Positions 62,192 to 64,000 of a stretch of 64,000 nt of DNA are shown piece after piece; positions within the stretch are counted from its first letter, which is position 1; the number at the start of each line of letters is the position of its first letter. The translations under genes were made by a program, and so were the position numbers. The notes under the pieces were generated by a model. It saw only the letters and a list, made by a program, of their open reading frames with translations. It searched no databases and was not told the origin of the DNA. The DNA comes from the human T2T-CHM13v2.0 reference genome, Homo sapiens: NCBI RefSeq assembly GCF_009914755.1, contig NC_060936.1; one strand, 5' to 3'.

Positions 62192-62895
62192 GTGCTATAG
62201 ATGGAATGTTGTGTCCCCCTCCCTAATTCATAAGTTGAAATCTTAACACCCAGTGTGATGGTATGAGGAACTGGGGCCTTTGGGAGGTGATTAGATCATG
62301 AGGATGGAGCCCACATTAATGGGATTAGTGCCTGATATGGTTTGGCTGTGTCCCCAACCAAATTTTATCTTGAATTGTAATAATCCTCATGTGTCATGGG
62401 AGGGGCCCAGTGGGAGGTAATTGAATCATGGGGGCAGGCCTTTCCCATGCTGTTCTCATGATAGTGAATAAGTCTCATGAGATCTGATGGTTTTATATAG
62501 GGGAGTTCCCCTGCACATGCTCTCTTGCCTGCCACCATGTAAGATGTGACTTTGCTCCTCCTTCACCTTCCTCCATTATTGTGAGGCCACCCCAGCTATG
62601 TGGATCTGTGAACCCATTAAACCTCTTTCCTTTATAGATTACCTAGTCTACGATATGTCTTCATTAGCAGCGTGAAAACAGACTAATACAGTATCCTTAA
62701 AAAAGTGATCCCAGAGAGCTCCCTCATCCCTTCTACTGCATGAAGACGAGGAGGCAGCAGGTCCTCACCAGATACTGAATCTTTCGAGCCTTCACTTTGG
62801 ACTTTTTAGCCTGCAGAACTGTGAGAGATAAACTGCTGTCAATAAGCCACCCAGGCTACTGCACTTTGTTGCAGAAGCCCCAATAGACAAAGGCA
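62192..62895 (+). mobile_element. MLT1A-like LTR containing a THE1 solo LTR (62333-62690)
   Basis: tgatatggtttggctgtgtcccc...cagactaataca inserted after gggattagtgcc. Confidence 0.87.
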
Positions 62896-63179
62896 GCTAG
62901 CAGATATGGGGGCGAAGGAACAATGTTCACTGGGGAGGGAGCCGACTTAAACAGGGAGGACATTTTACTTATAGCAAGTTTATAAAATTTTGATTTATGT
63001 AATTAATATAATTTTCAAATAACACATCGAGACTATATGATCTTAAGGATATTATAAGACTGATTATAGGGGAATACGATAGAATAGCAGTAACCAGAAT
63101 ACCAAATAAATCCCCAAATCTCAATGGACAGACACAAGAGAATTATGTCCCCCTTAAATCTGGCTAGTGGAAGTCCTTC

Positions 63180-63616
63180 TGAAACCAGCCTTAAGAGTCC
63201 CATAGAGAGTTGCTTTTGGATAAACATAGAAATGGACCCTTGTGCTGTTAAAGCTTGAAGCGTATATTTGTTTTATCTGAGTTCCTTTCTCAGGAAACGA
63301 CCTCATGCTTCTCACAAAAAATATCAAAGAAGGGAAACTAGATCACCACACCAGATGCTGGACCCCTCATTCACCATGATGGCTTCCTTGTCCTTCCCAA
63401 GTTCCTGTTTTCTTACACATTGTTACATTTCTTGCCTGCTATGTAAAGCCCTGGTTTTAGTCAGTCAGAGATATGGATTTGAGACTGAGCTCCCATCTCC
63501 TCAGCTGCAGCAACCAATTAAAGCCTTCTTCCTTGGCAATACTCGGCGTCTCAGTGATTTGCTTTCTGTGCAGTAAGCAGTAGGACTCAGACCAAACCCC
63601 TGGTGTTTCAGTAACA
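63180..63616 (+). mobile_element. Solo LTR, 437 bp (LTR47-like, ERVL)
   Basis: TG...CA ends; ATTAAA poly(A) signal; 5-bp TSD ccttc/acttc. Confidence 0.72.
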
Positions 63617-64000
63617 ACTTCCAGGTGCTGCTGAGAACCCGGCTATTTCCATTTTGCATATTTGTATTTGGATAGGGGAAGAGAAAGTACAAAGCTGACA
63701 CTCTCTATTCCTACTCACCTTGGCTCAGAAGCAACACATCACCACTGCTCACACCCTATTGGTGACAACTAGCCACACACCCCCAACTAAATGTCATGGT
63801 GGCAAATGTTATTCCCAGCTGGACAGCTGCTCCCTGTGACAGCTCTGCATGTTGGAAGAGGGAGTGACACATTGATGGATAACAACCTTTCTGTGTCAGA
63901 ACTTGTGAGCTGTAAACCCTCCTAGTCATTATCCAGGGGGAAGACAAAGGGTCATCCCTCTAAGTGGTAGAAAGGAAAGGAAAAGACAAAACCAGAATTG

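Overview
Primate (human or great-ape-like) non-coding euchromatin, intergenic or deep intronic. It is AT-rich, CpG-depleted and densely packed with interspersed repeats: about 25 Alus (J/S/Y), L1s of many ages, MaLR/ERVL LTRs including a two-LTR THE1, Tigger and hAT DNA-transposon fossils, MIR and L2. I can support no host protein-coding exon, tRNA, rRNA or CRISPR array. The ORFs I can assign come from L1 ORF2, Tigger1 transposase, the L1 5'UTR antisense frame, THE1-int or Alu; the rest match nothing I recognise. I see no evidence for a new multi-gene system. The best leads are (i) a CTCF/E-box/CRE/GC-box module at about 45.9-46.0 kb, (ii) a patchwork of locally templated fragments at 35.6-36.5 kb plus similar repair scars elsewhere, (iii) a tiny L1 insertion with an apparent 3' transduction at 42.6 kb, (iv) an orphan L1PA 5'UTR with an open ORF0-homologous frame, (v) a dimeric minisatellite grown from a MER3 terminus, (vi) two near-perfect hairpins, (vii) a perfect DR3 nuclear-receptor element, and (viii) possible minus-strand lncRNA exons. 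Repeat subfamily names are recalled from consensus sequences and boundaries are approximate; confirm them with RepeatMasker/Dfam.
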